Shown: positions 39,814-51,578 of the stretch, in pieces
How positions within the stretch are numbered: the stretch's first letter is position 1
Layout: each line of letters starts with the position of its first letter
Origin: Mobula hypostoma
Lineage: Eukaryota
NCBI RefSeq assembly: GCF_963921235.1
Contig: NC_086097.1
Location: 233,060,001-233,124,000 of the forward strand
DNA: 64,000 nucleotides
Direction of reading: 5' to 3'
Notes under the pieces: generated by a model
Told to the model about the DNA's origin: nothing
The model's input: only the letters and a program-made list of their open reading frames with translations
Databases searched by the model: none
Translations under genes and position numbers: made by a program

Positions 39814-40874
39814 CAAAGTCAAAATACAATTTATTATCAGTGTACATACATGCCACCACGTACAACCCTGAGGTTCCTTTCCTGTGGGCGTACTTAGCAA
39901 ATCTATAGAACAGTAAGAGTCAACAGGATCAATGGACAACAAACTTTGCAAATGCATCTATAAATAAATAGCAATAAATAACGAGCATGAAGTAACAAGA
40001 TAAAAGAGTTCTTAAATGAGTGTAGTTATCCTCATTGGTTCAAGTGCCTGATGGTTGAGGGGTAGTAACTGTGCTGGTGGTGCGAGTCCTGAGGCTCTTG
40101 TACCTTCTACCTGATGGCAGCAGGGAGAAAAGAGCATGGCCTGGGTGGTGAGGAGCTTTGATGATGGATGCTGCTTTCCTACGACAGCGTTTCATGTAGA
40201 TGTGCTGAATAGTTAGGAGGGTTTTACCCGTGATGTATTGTGCCAAATCCACTACCTTTTGTAGGATTTCTTCTCAAAAGCATTGATGTTCCATACCAGG
40301 TTGTAACGCAGCCAGTCAGCACACTTTCCACCACACTTCTATAGAAGTTTATCAAGCTTTTTGATGACATGCTGAATCTCTGCAAACTCCTGTGGGGATA
40401 GAGATGCTCTTGTGCTTTCTTCACAATTATATTTATATGGTGGGTCTTGGGCAGGTCTTCTGAGATGATGACACCCAGGAATTTATAGTTACTGACCCTG
40501 TCCACCTCTGATCCTCTGATAATTACTGGCTCATGGACTTCTGATTTCGCTCTCCTGAAGTCCACCATCATTTCCTTAGTCTCAATGACATTGAGCGAGA
40601 GGTGGTTTGTTATTACACCACTCAGCCAAATTTTCAATCTCTTTCCTGTATGCTGACTCATCACCACCTTTGATACAGCCCACAACGGCGGTGCCATTAG
40701 CAATCTTCTATATGGTGTTGGAGCTGTACTTAGCCACGCAATCATAGCTGTAAAATGAGTAGAGCAGGAGGACTAAGTACACGTCTCTGCAGTGCTCCTG
40801 TGTTGATGAAGATTTTGAAGGAGAAGTTTTTGCCAATCCGGACTGGGGTTTGTCCACAAGTGAGGAAATCCAGG
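39814..40874 (-). mobile_element. Rex1/Babar LINE 3' fragment
   Basis: LSLNVIETKEMMVDFR, YKFLGV, FYRSVVESVLT, HPGHALFSLLPSGRRY; TSD atcctggt at 39806-39813 and 40875-40882. Confidence 0.88.
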
Positions 40875-42931
40875 ATCCTGGTTAACCCGCACTTATAATA
40901 TTGTGTTCAGTTCTGGTTGCCTCATTATAGGAAGAATGTGGAAGCTTTTGAGAGAGTGCAGAGGAGATTTACTAGGATCTTAGCCGGACCAGAGGGCATG
41001 TCTAATGAAGATAGGTTGAGCAAGCTAGGGTTTTTGTCTTTGGAACAAAGAAGGATAGAAGGTGACTTGATTGAAGTGTACAAGATGATGAAAGGTATAG
41101 ATAGAGTGGACAGCCAGAAACTCTTTCCAAGGGAGGAAATAGCTAATAGAAAGGGGATAATTTGAAGGTGATTGGAAGGAAGTATAGGAGGAGATGTCAG
41201 AGGCAACATCTTTACCCAGAGAGCGGTGGATACATGGAGTGCCCTGCAAGGGCTCGTGTTAGAGGCCAATACATTTGGAGCATTTAAGAAAGTGTTAGAT
41301 TGGCATATAGATGATTAAAAAAATGGAGTGCTATGTGGGAAGGAAGAATTAGATTGATCTTAGAGTAGGTTAAAAGATAGAGCAGAATATCGAACTGAAT
41401 GACCTGTGCTGTGCTGTATGTTCTGAGATCACAGTACTGTTTGGAAATTTATTTGAAACTTGGAGATATTTATGTATTTAATCTTGTAATGTGACAAGAT
41501 GGAACCTGTATAACCCCAGAGTGCTTTGCTATAAACTAAATGTGTATGTGGCAAGAGGCATGTAATGTTTTGATCATTGTTCATTGTGTAATTAAGGGGA
41601 GATTGATAAATTGTGAGGCCTTGAGTACTGCAGCTGTACTGCAGTGGAGGAGATGACCTCCAGAGCAGATAACAGCCAAAGAATAGCCTGAAAACTTGTA
41701 TTAAAAAACAGACTTTGTAAATTAGAAGCAGTCTGCCAATCATGAGGGGTGGAGGTACTTTTCCTTGCAAGTAATAGACATATCTTTGAACAGATCTAGT
41801 TTGTTTTTTGGTCCTAGTGAAAGGTACATGATCGCTGTTAAACTTTAACATTTAAGGTGTTGCTAATTGGTTCAAAACCGAATGTTTGAAGGAAAGTAGC
41901 TGTTCTTGAACCTGGTGGTGTGCATTTGAGACTTTTGTACCTTCAGCCTTATGGTAGCTGTGAGAAGATGGTGAAGGGATCTTTGAGTGATGCTGCCTAC
42001 TTGAGGCAGTGCCTTATGTAGATACAACCAGTGATGGGGTGGAACATGTTTTGAGCTCAGTCCACTACAGTCTGCTGTTTACATTCCTGTGCATTTGACT
42101 TGCTGTACCAGACCATGACGCAGCTAGTCAGGATACTTCCAACATTACACTTGTAGAAGGTTATTTGAGTGTTGGGAGACAAACCTCCTTCACGTTCTGA
42201 GAATGTAAAGACACTGGAGTGCTTATTTATGTTTGCATCCATGTGCCGGGCTTAGGACAGGTTATCTGATATGTCAACAGCCAGGAATTTGAAGACCAAA
42301 TTTAAAAGTTCAAAATAAATTTATTATCGAAGCACTTATATGTCACCATATACAAACCTGAGATTCATTTTCTTGAGGACATTCTCAATAAATCCATAGA
42401 AAACATTGACAGGCACTGGACTTGGCCACACAGTCATTTGTATTTGTTGTGAGTGGCTATCCATGCAGCCTTGAGGTTCAATCGTGTTGATGATCAACCT
42501 GGAAAAGACTGAGATCTACCGATGACTCGGTTGAGATCTGACGATGAGGAAGTCAAGTATTCAGTTGCAGAGGGTGGTGTAAAAGCACAGGTCTTGAAGC
42601 TTGTGGATGAGCTTTCTCCAGGAATTAATCCACTGAAACACACTGGTCCCTGATGAAGGATCTCAGTCTGAAACGCTGACTGTTTATTCCTCTCTGTGGA
42701 CGCTACCTGATTTGCTGAGCTCCTCCAGCATTTTGTGTGTATAACTCTGGGCTTCCAGCATCTGCAGAATCTCATCAGGTCAGGCAATCAATTGTTTATT
42801 CCCATTCATAGATGCTGCCTGACCTGCTGAGTTCCTTCAGCACATTATGTATATCGCTGTGGATTTCTAGCATCTGCAGTACCTCTTGTATCTGCAGAAT
42901 CTCTTGTGTTTATTAATCCAGTGTACCTTCT

Positions 42932-45812
42932 CATTTTTAAAATCTTTTTTATTAATTTTTATTAAAGAGCAACAAAACAAACATTAAGGTAATCAAGTCA
43001 ACATGTCAATATATACAATGAAGAATCAAGTTACCAAATAACTGATTAACAAAACTAAACAATATATTGTTACATACCTCATGGATGTCTTGTGACTATC
43101 TTATGACCATGATGTAAGTGAGTATCTTATGAGCATGATGTAATGGTTTTGCGGAGGTCACATGATGTAATTTTCCCGCCATTGAGGTAACATGATGACC
43201 TGTTCTCAACAAGTATATAAAAGGCGACCCCCGATGTGACGCAGTTAGTTTTTCAGTTTGGTTTTGTGTTAGATACTCCGTTTTGCTGTGTATTCTGTTT
43301 ATGACGCAGTTTTGTTTTAAAGTGGAGTTCTACTTTTTATTGTAAGTAGCATTGGAGAGTGAAGACCTTACCAAAGTACAGGAATTCGCCGAGTCAAGTA
43401 AAGCTGATGTCGTTTGGCGGTTTTGGAGAGGATCGAACTTTATTGAATCTTCTTTCAAGAAAAAGTGACCCGCAACTGAGATATCCCCTGCTAAAGTAGG
43501 AAGGATAGTACAGTGTCTATTCTCCAGAGGAAAAGGTCAGTTCCTTTAAACCACTTTATTTCTGTCATTGTGAATCCTGCGGACAAGGCAGGGTCCGGCT
43601 GGGAACAGCAGTAATGTGACGTCTTTGAGGAATTCTTTACTTCAGGAGAGTCTCTCCTGATTGACTGTATAAATCTCTTGGACTTTCGAATTTACCATTC
43701 TAAGAACTGTGTTCAAATTTACCACTTTAAGAACTGTTTTCATATTTACCCTTTTAAGAACTGTTCCAGAGTTGCTGTATAGCAGTTAACTTCTGGTTAA
43801 GTTAGTCGTTTAAATACATTTTGCTATTTTTGAGCAGAGTTTAATAAATGTTTATTTGTTTTCATAAAACCTGACTCAATTCTATATTTATTATTGCCGG
43901 TCACGTGACAATATCAATAATGATAAGAAAAAATAAAGTGTTAAGAATATTTCTTGAGCAAAAAAGAAGGAAAAAAAGAACCCCTACTAACTAAAACAAA
44001 CAAACAAAAACCCCTGCTAACAAAAAAAAAAGAAAAAAAAACCCATTGGGAGCACAACCCTGGAGCTATATGCCATACAATCTTCCATAAAAGAAAAATT
44101 TCAATCGGCCAACTCAAATCCACTTAAACAAGAATCAGAAGGAAACCATCTTAATTAACTCAAATCAGATGATAGTAGCGGGCAAATGAACCCCACCTTT
44201 TTTCAAAGTCAAATCAAGGATCAAAAGTTAGACTTCTGCTTTTCTCCAAATTAAGACAAAGCATCACCCGAGAGAACCATTGTATCAAAGTGGGAGCAGA
44301 AGCATCTTTCCATTTCAATAAAATAGCCCTTCTGACAAATGCAATTCCATGTTGGTCTGTAATAGAAATACCATGAATATATTGAGGGATTATACCAAAC
44401 AAAACTGTCAATTTATTAGGTTGTAAATTAATTTTTAATGCTTTAGAAATTGTAGAAAAAATAGATTTTCAAAAATGTTTCAATACAGAACACGACTAAA
44501 ATGTATGTGTCAATATAGCTGTCTCGGTTTTACATCTATCACACTGACTATCAACATTAGGAAACATTTTACACAGTCTATAGTTTATGTTTCGAATCCT
44601 GAAGAATCCATTCCTAGTTTATTGAAATTATTAAATGAATTTGGAAAGTTTTTGGGATATAAACTAAACCTTCATAAAAGTGAATTATTTCCTCTAAATG
44701 ATTCTGCTTCTATATATGATGACATTCCTTTAAAAGTTACGGACTCTTTTAAATATTTAGGTATTATTATTACTAAAAATTATAGAGACCTTTATAGAGC
44801 TAATTTTGTTCCTTTAGTGGATTTTATGAAGTAATTATTTTGTAGATGGAATCCACTTACACTTTCGTTAGCCGGCTGAATTCATACGGTTAAATTGATG
44901 ATTTTACCAAAATTTTTATATGTATTTCAAAATATTCCTATTTTTTTAACTAAGAAGTTTTTTGATCAGGCTGATTCTATTATTTCATCTTTTGTTTGGA
45001 ATAATAAAAGACAAAGAATTGGAAAATATAATTTACAAAAATTAAAAAAGGATGGAAGTCTTGCCCTGCCTAATCTAAGAATGTACTATTGGGCTGTTAA
45101 TATACATTATATGTGTTCTTGGTTATATTGGGCTGATAAAAATGAACGACCACCTTGGGCTGATTTGGAATTGAAAGTTATGAAACAGTACTTCGTTATT
45201 AGGAGCTTCTTTACCTGTACAACTGGCCAAAATTTCTGATCTAAATTTATATCCTATGATTAAGCAGTCATTACGAATTTGGTGCCAGTTTCGTAATTTT
45301 TTTAATCTCAAAAAATTTAACCTTCTTGGTTTAATTTATCAAAATTATTTATTTAAACCTTCATTAAGTGATCCTACCTTTCTTCTTTGGAGGAATAAAG
45401 GAGTCTATTCCTTCATAGATCTGTTCCAAGAAGGCCGATTGATGTCTTTTGAGACATTAGTAACTAAATACTCTCACTCGTACTCACATTTCTTGCAATA
45501 TCTTCAGGTCAGGCATTTCTTACAAGAATATTTAAGTAACTTTCCACATATACAGGATTCTGACCTGTTAGATATTATTTTAAAAATGAACCCTTCAGTG
45601 AAAGGTTTTATTGGGAAAATTTATAATTTACTGTTAAACAGTACAATTACCCTAAGATTAAGCAAGATTGGGAAAGAGAGCTTAACATGACCTTGATAAC
45701 AGAGGATTGGTTGCAAATTTTGAAGTTGGTTAACTCTTCTTCGATCTGTGCCAGTCACTCTTTAATTCAATTTAAAATTGTACATCATTACTATTTGACA
45801 AAGGAGAGACTG
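42932..45812 (-). mobile_element. L1-clade LINE, 5'-truncated with 5' inversion
   Basis: 15-bp TSD tccagtgtaccttct (42917-42931, 45813-45827); minus arm to ~44579 with CDRC..H..C knuckle and A-rich tail; plus arm 44580-45812 with GYKLNLHKSE, FKYLGI, ILPKFLYVFQ. Confidence 0.9.
43068..43910 (+). mobile_element. Solo LTR (843 bp, probably Gypsy)
   Basis: TGTTAC...GTGACA termini, ATAT 4-bp TSD (43064-43067, 43911-43914), TATATAAAAG near 43214, AATAAA near 43843. Confidence 0.88.
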
Positions 45813-46249
45813 TCCAGTGTACCTTCTTTGCAAATATATGTTTCCTTTGGTAGAGAGACAAAACCTATACACAAAGTTCCAGGGGCAGTTTCACAAATAA
45901 GGTGTCTTTACTCTTGTCTTCAAATCCTCATGGAATGATATCCAACAATCTGCTTGTCCTCCTATTTATTTGCTGCACCTGTACATTACCTTTCAGTCCA
46001 TGGCCTCCTTTAGTGTCAAGGGTGAAGGAGCAAGGCTTTATATCCTGACTGTGTAGCTTCCAACCTGATGGCATAAATATAAATTTCTCCTTGCAGTAAA
46101 ACAATTTCCAGCTTCCATTCCCCACTCTGGTTTCTTCCCTTTTCTCACCTGCCTATCACCTAGTTAGCTCGGCACGGTAGCGTAGTGGTTTTCGTAATGA
46201 CCTACAGCGCCAGTGAATAGCAATTCCCATCCGTAGATCCCTATTTCAA

Positions 46250-48012
46250 ACACCTGCAGCAACACACACAAAACGCTGGAAGGTCTCAGTTGGCCAGACA
46301 GCATCTATGGAAAAGAGTAAACAGTTGGCTTTTCGGGCTGAGACCCTTCACCAGGACTGAAAGGGAAGGGGGAGAAGTCAGGATAAGAAGGTGGGAAAGG
46401 GGGAGAACGAAGTACAAGGAAGCAGGTGATAGGTGAAACTGGGAGAGCGGGAGTGGGTGAAGCAAAGAGCTGCAAAGTTGATTGGTGAAAGAGATAACGG
46501 ACTGAAGAAGTGAGAATCGGATAGGAGAGGGCAAACAACCATGCAAGAAAGGGAAGAGGAAGGAGCACTGGGGGGAGGTGATGGCCAGGTAAGGAGATAA
46601 GGTGAGAGAGGATAACAGGAGTGGGAAATGGTGAAGGAGCAGGCTGGGGGTGGGGGGAGGGGTAGGGAGCCGAGCAACTGATGGAATTTCTAGAATTTGT
46701 TGATCATGCCATCAGATTGGAGGCTACCCAGACGGAATATAAGGTGTTGCTCCTCCAACCTGAATGCTGGAGAAGCCTCAGTGCAAAAGAGAGATTAAAG
46801 ATAAAGATAACTAAAAATTAGCTTTATTTGTCACATGTACATCAAAATATCCAAACACAGTGAAACTGGGAGCACCAGATACTGTAGGTGAAGTAACAAA
46901 CTCAGAGATGAAGTGTCACATCACCTGGCAGGACAGTCTGGGGCTCTGGATGCTAGTGAGGGAGGAGGTGCAGGGGCAGGTGTGACACTTGTTCTGCTTG
47001 TAAGGATAAGTACCAGGAGTGATTGATCCCCACAGAAAGTGGGGGAGAGGGAATGACGTGCTTGGTGATGGGATCCCGCTGGGCATGGCAGAAGTTATAG
47101 AGGATTATGTGCTGGATGTGGAGGCAAGTGGGGTGGTAGGTAAAGACAAGAAGAACCCCATCCCTAGTGTGGTGGCAGAAGGATGGAGTGAGGCAGAAAT
47201 AGAAGAGGTGTGGCTGTGGGCAGGTTTGATGGTGGAGGAAGGGAAGCCCCTTTCTTTGAAGAAGGAGGAGATCTCCTTCATTCTAGATTGAAAAGCCTCA
47301 ACCTAAGAGCAGATGCAGCAGAGTGGGAGGAACTGAGAGAAGCGGATGGCATTTTAACGAGTAACAGGGTGGGAAGATAGCTGTTAGAGTCAGTGGGCTT
47401 ATAAAAGATATCTGTAGATAGACTGTCTCTAGAGATGGAGACAGAGAGAACGAGAAAAGGGAGAGAGGTGTCAGAAATGGACCAGGTAAGTTTGAGGGCA
47501 GGGTGGAAGTTGAAGGCAAAGTTGATGAAATCGATGAGTTCAGCATGAGTGCAGGAAGCAACACCAATGTAGTTATCGTTGTAGTGAAGGAAGAGTTGGA
47601 GGGTGATGCTGGTGTAGACCTAGAACATAGACTGTCCATGTAGCCGACAAAAAGGCAGGGATAGCTGGGACCCACGTGAGTGCCCATGGCTACACCTTTG
47701 TTTTGAAGGAAATGGGAGGAGCTGAAGGAGAAATTATTGAGGGGGAGGACCAGTTCTGCCAGATGGTGGAGAGGAACTGGTTGGGACTGTTGTCCTCTTG
47801 ATGGGGATTGAGGTGTATAGGGACTGGACATCCACAGTGAAAATTGGGGCCAGGGAATTTACAGTCATTGAAAAGGTCAAGAGCTTGTGAAGTGTCATGG
47901 ATGTAAGTAAGAAGGGACTGAACCGAGGGGGGATAAAACTGAATTGGATATGCAGATATAAGTTTAGTGAGGCAGGAGCAGGCAGAAACAATGGGTCTAC
48001 CTGGACAGTCAG
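46250..48012 (-). mobile_element. Penelope-like element, decayed RT/GIY-YIG and 3' module
   Basis: FTVDVQSLYTSIP, LNNFSFSSSHFLQNKGVAMGTHVGPSYPCLFVGY; degenerate hammerhead at 46321-46360. Confidence 0.85.
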
Positions 48013-48174
48013 GTTACCTACAGGTTAAGGCTAGTAAATTGTGGGCATGCTATATTGGCACTAGAAGTGTGGTGTCACTTGTGGACTGCTCCAGCACAAT
48101 TCTAACAGTGTGTCAAACATGTTTCCTCTTTAATAAATCTATGTTTTTTCCAGCCTGAAGTCACCTGTTACAGT

Positions 48175-49922
48175 CCAGAAGGTGTTTGATAAGGTGCCAC
48201 ACAATAGACATAAATAAGATATGGATACATGGAGTCAGAAGAAGTGTATTGACATGGATAGTGGATTGGTTAACCAATAGAAGGCAGAGAGTTGATATAA
48301 ATGGGTGTTTCTGCGGTTGGCAGTCAGTAGTGAGTGGGGTGTCGCAGGGGTCAGTGCTGGCCCCACAGCTGTTTACCATTTACATTAATGATTTGGAAGA
48401 GGGGACTGAGTGTAGCATAGCAAAATTAGCTGATGACACTAAACTGAGTGGAAAAGCAAATTGTACAGAGGATGCGGAGAGTCGGCAGAGGGATATAGAT
48501 AGGTTAAGTGAGAGGGCCAAGGTCTGGCAGATGGAATACAATGTTGGTAAATGCGAGATCATGCACTTTGGAAGGAATAACAGAACAGATTATTATTTAA
48601 ATGGTGAAAGATTGCAGCATGCTGTTGTGCAGAGGGACTTGGGAGTGCTTGTGCATGAATCGCAAAAAGTTGGTCTTCATTGCTAGAGTGATTGAATTCA
48701 AGAGCAGGGAGGTCATGCTGCAACTATACAGGGTACTGGTGAGGCTGCACCTGCAGTACTGTTTGCAGTTCTGGTCTCCATACTTGAGGAAGGATGGACT
48801 GGCTTTGGAGGCAGTGCAGAGGAGGTTCACCAGATTGATTCCAGGGATGAAGGGGTTAATCTATGAGGAGAGATTGAGTCGCCTGGGACTATACTCTCCG
48901 GAGTTCAGAAGAATGAGAGGGGATCTTATAGAAACATACAAAATTTTGAAAGGGATAGATAAGATAGAAGTAGGAAAGTTGTTTCCATTGGTAGGTGAGA
49001 CTAGAACTAGGGGACATTACCTCAAGATTCAGGGGAGAAGATTTAGGACGGAGATGAGGAGAAACTGTTTTCCCCAGAGAGTGGTGAATCTGTGAAACTC
49101 TCTGTATTGTATAGTATAGTATAGTCATACTTTATTGATCCCGGGGGAAATTGGTTTTCGTTACAGTTGCACCATAAATAATAAATAGTAATAGAACTAT
49201 AAATAGTTAAATAGTAATGTGTAAATTATGCCAGTAAATTATGAAATAAGTCCAGGCCAGCCTATTGGCTCAGGGTGTCTGACCCTCCAAGGGAGGAGTT
49301 GTGAAGTTTGATGGCCACAGGCAGGAATGACTTCCTATGATGCTCTGTGCTGCATCTCGGTGGAATGAGTCTCTGGCTGAATGTACTCCTGTGCCCACCC
49401 AGTACATTATGTAGTGGATGGGAGACATTGACCAAGATGGCATGCAACTTGGACAGCATCCTCTTTTCAGACACCACCGTGAGAGAGTCCAGTTCCATCC
49501 CCACAACATCACTGGCCTTACGGTTGAGTTTGTTGATTCTGTTGGTGTCTGCTACCCTTAACCTGCTGCCCCAGCACACAACAGCAAACATGATCGCACT
49601 GGACACCACAGACTTGTAGAACATCCTCAGCATTGTCCGGCAGATTTTAAAGGACCTCAGTCTCATCAGGAAATAGAGACGGCTCTGACCCTTCTTGTAG
49701 ACAGCCTCGGTGTCTGCCCAGGGAAACAGCTGAGGCTTCTTTACTAAATATATTTAAGAAACAGTTAGATAGGTTTTTACATAGTAAGGGAATTAAGGGT
49801 TATGGGGAAAAGGCAGGTAGCTGGAGCTGAGTTTATGGACAGATCAGCCATGATCTTATTGAAAGGCGGTGCAGGCTTGATGGGCCGGGTGGCCTACTCC
49901 TGCCCCTATTTCTTGTATTCTT
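48175..49922 (+). mobile_element. CR1 RT-to-3' fragment split by a Rex1 insertion
   Basis: GVSQGSVLAP, KLADDTKL, TRTRGHYLKI; resumes at ~49713. Confidence 0.88.
49105..49712 (-). mobile_element. Rex1/Babar LINE 3' end
   Basis: RLRSFKICRTMLRMFYKSVVSS..SHPLH..RKSFLPVAIKLHN; (ctata)n tail. Confidence 0.85.
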
Positions 49923-50987
49923 GTGTAGTCCCATTCACCTGATTCTAGTTTGAGTTGACTGTGGATATCCCCAGATGTTGGAGTGCTTCTGTTGGGATTT
50001 CCTTCCCTGAATGCTCAGAATCCTTTGTATCTGTGGTCAGAGCTTTGTTTTTCTAATCTAGAAAAGGAACAGATGAAGACCAGACAGTCAGAACAAGTAA
50101 ATCCAAATGTTAATTCAATCTGCAGTGAAAATTTGTCACCCTGAGAGCACGAGGAGATCCACTCCCACACAAGAGTTGCTTGGTGAATAGACTCTTGCAT
50201 CGCCATGCTGCTTATTAAGGATTATTAACGAGAACTGTCAGATATTTAAAGATAATTACATGAGCTCACTGCATCAATACAGAAATTATCCAATTTCAGA
50301 GCAGAAAGGATGCACTCTGTGGAAATTGCCAGCCACATTTCTCCCTCACCAGCAACAGAGGAAAAATTCAGCCATTTTCATCAGATATTGAGAAAGAATG
50401 TCCATATCACTTCCAGGACATCCCAACGTGCTATACAGGCAATGAGCATAAACATAGAAACCTACAGCACATTACAGGCCCTTCGGCCCACAATGTTGTG
50501 CTGACCATCTAACCTACTCTACAAACTGCCTAGAATTACCTTACCATATAGCCCTCTATTTTGCCTAGCTCCATGTACGTATCTAAGAGTCTCTTAAAAG
50601 ATCCTATCGTATCCACAATTAAGTAATTATGAGGTGTCACTGATGTGATGTGTGGAATGAGTGTAACACGATTAAATGTTGTAAATAGGTGAATCTCTCC
50701 TCTTCACTGGTTGAAAATGGAAGAATGGCCTCAGTGCTAAAGAATGATTGAGGATAAAGATATTTAAAAGTCAGCTTTATTTGCCACCTTAACACTGAAA
50801 CATGAAAACATAGTGAACTGAGTTGTTTTCCGTCAATGGACAATGCAATCCGTAGATTGTGCTGGGGGCAGCCCACAAGTGTTGCCACACTCCGGCACTA
50901 ACGTAGCAGCCCACAACTCTCACTGTAGGTCTTTAGAATGTGGGAGGAAACCAATGTAGTCATGAGGAGAATCTACAAACTCTTTAT

Positions 50988-51578
50988 AGTGATGGTGGCA
51001 TCCGTTAGTCTCACGAGACCATGAATCTGCGCCTGGGAAGTTCCAGGATGCAGGCCTGGACAAGGTTGTATGGAAGACCGGCAGTTGCCCATGCAACAAG
51101 TTTCCCCTCTCCACGACACCAATGTTGTCCAAGGGAAGGGCAAGGGCCAATACAGCTTGGCACCAGTGTCGTCGCAGGAGTTGCCAGAACGAGGTTGAAG
51201 GCAACTTCGGACTGCCTTAGGGACTCCAGCCCTGGATTTGTCCTCAGGGTTCATTCCCGAAGCCTTTCCCATGAGTGGGTACGGCTGCAAGGCAGCGGAG
51301 GTTTGAAATCATAGTTTTCCCTTTCTTAGATGGACTGCCTTCCCAGGCTGACGAGCTCCATCTACCTGAAGCACTGGTTTTAAGGCGCCAGGACCCGCCT
51401 TCACCCCTTCTCCTGTCAGTAGAAACAGTTCCGCCGGGCTTAGAGGCTAAGCCACACGAGAAGGCCAGGAGTTGGACCTGGTTGTCAGAGGCTATTTGAG
51501 GCGCATGCTGTGAGGAGAACTTTTAGGTAGTGGGAGCTTGTCCCCACTACCATTCCTTGGCTTGACAGCCTTGGAACC
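50988..51578 (-). mobile_element. Full-length 591-bp RTE-derived non-autonomous retroelement (5' UTR joined to 3' tail), inserted in a V-SINE
   Basis: TSD aaactctttat at 50977-50987 and 51579-51589; no RT coding sequence; tail shared with 26671-27000 and 15079-15364. Confidence 0.82.
51410..51578 (-). ncRNA. Predicted HDV-like (CPEB3-type) self-cleaving ribozyme
   Basis: P1 GGUUCC/GGAACU with G1-U wobble, P2 CUCCUG/CAGGAG, P3 GCC/GGC, L3 begins UUCUCGU, GU after P1, J4/2 CUGA; G1 is at the element 5' boundary. Confidence 0.68.

Larger units (their letters stand above)
37880..41425 (+). mobile_element. Old CR1 fragment split by three later insertions
   Basis: Colinear RT-to-tail pieces at ~37880-38105, 39160-39245, 39530-39813 and 40875-41425. 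Confidence 0.75.
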
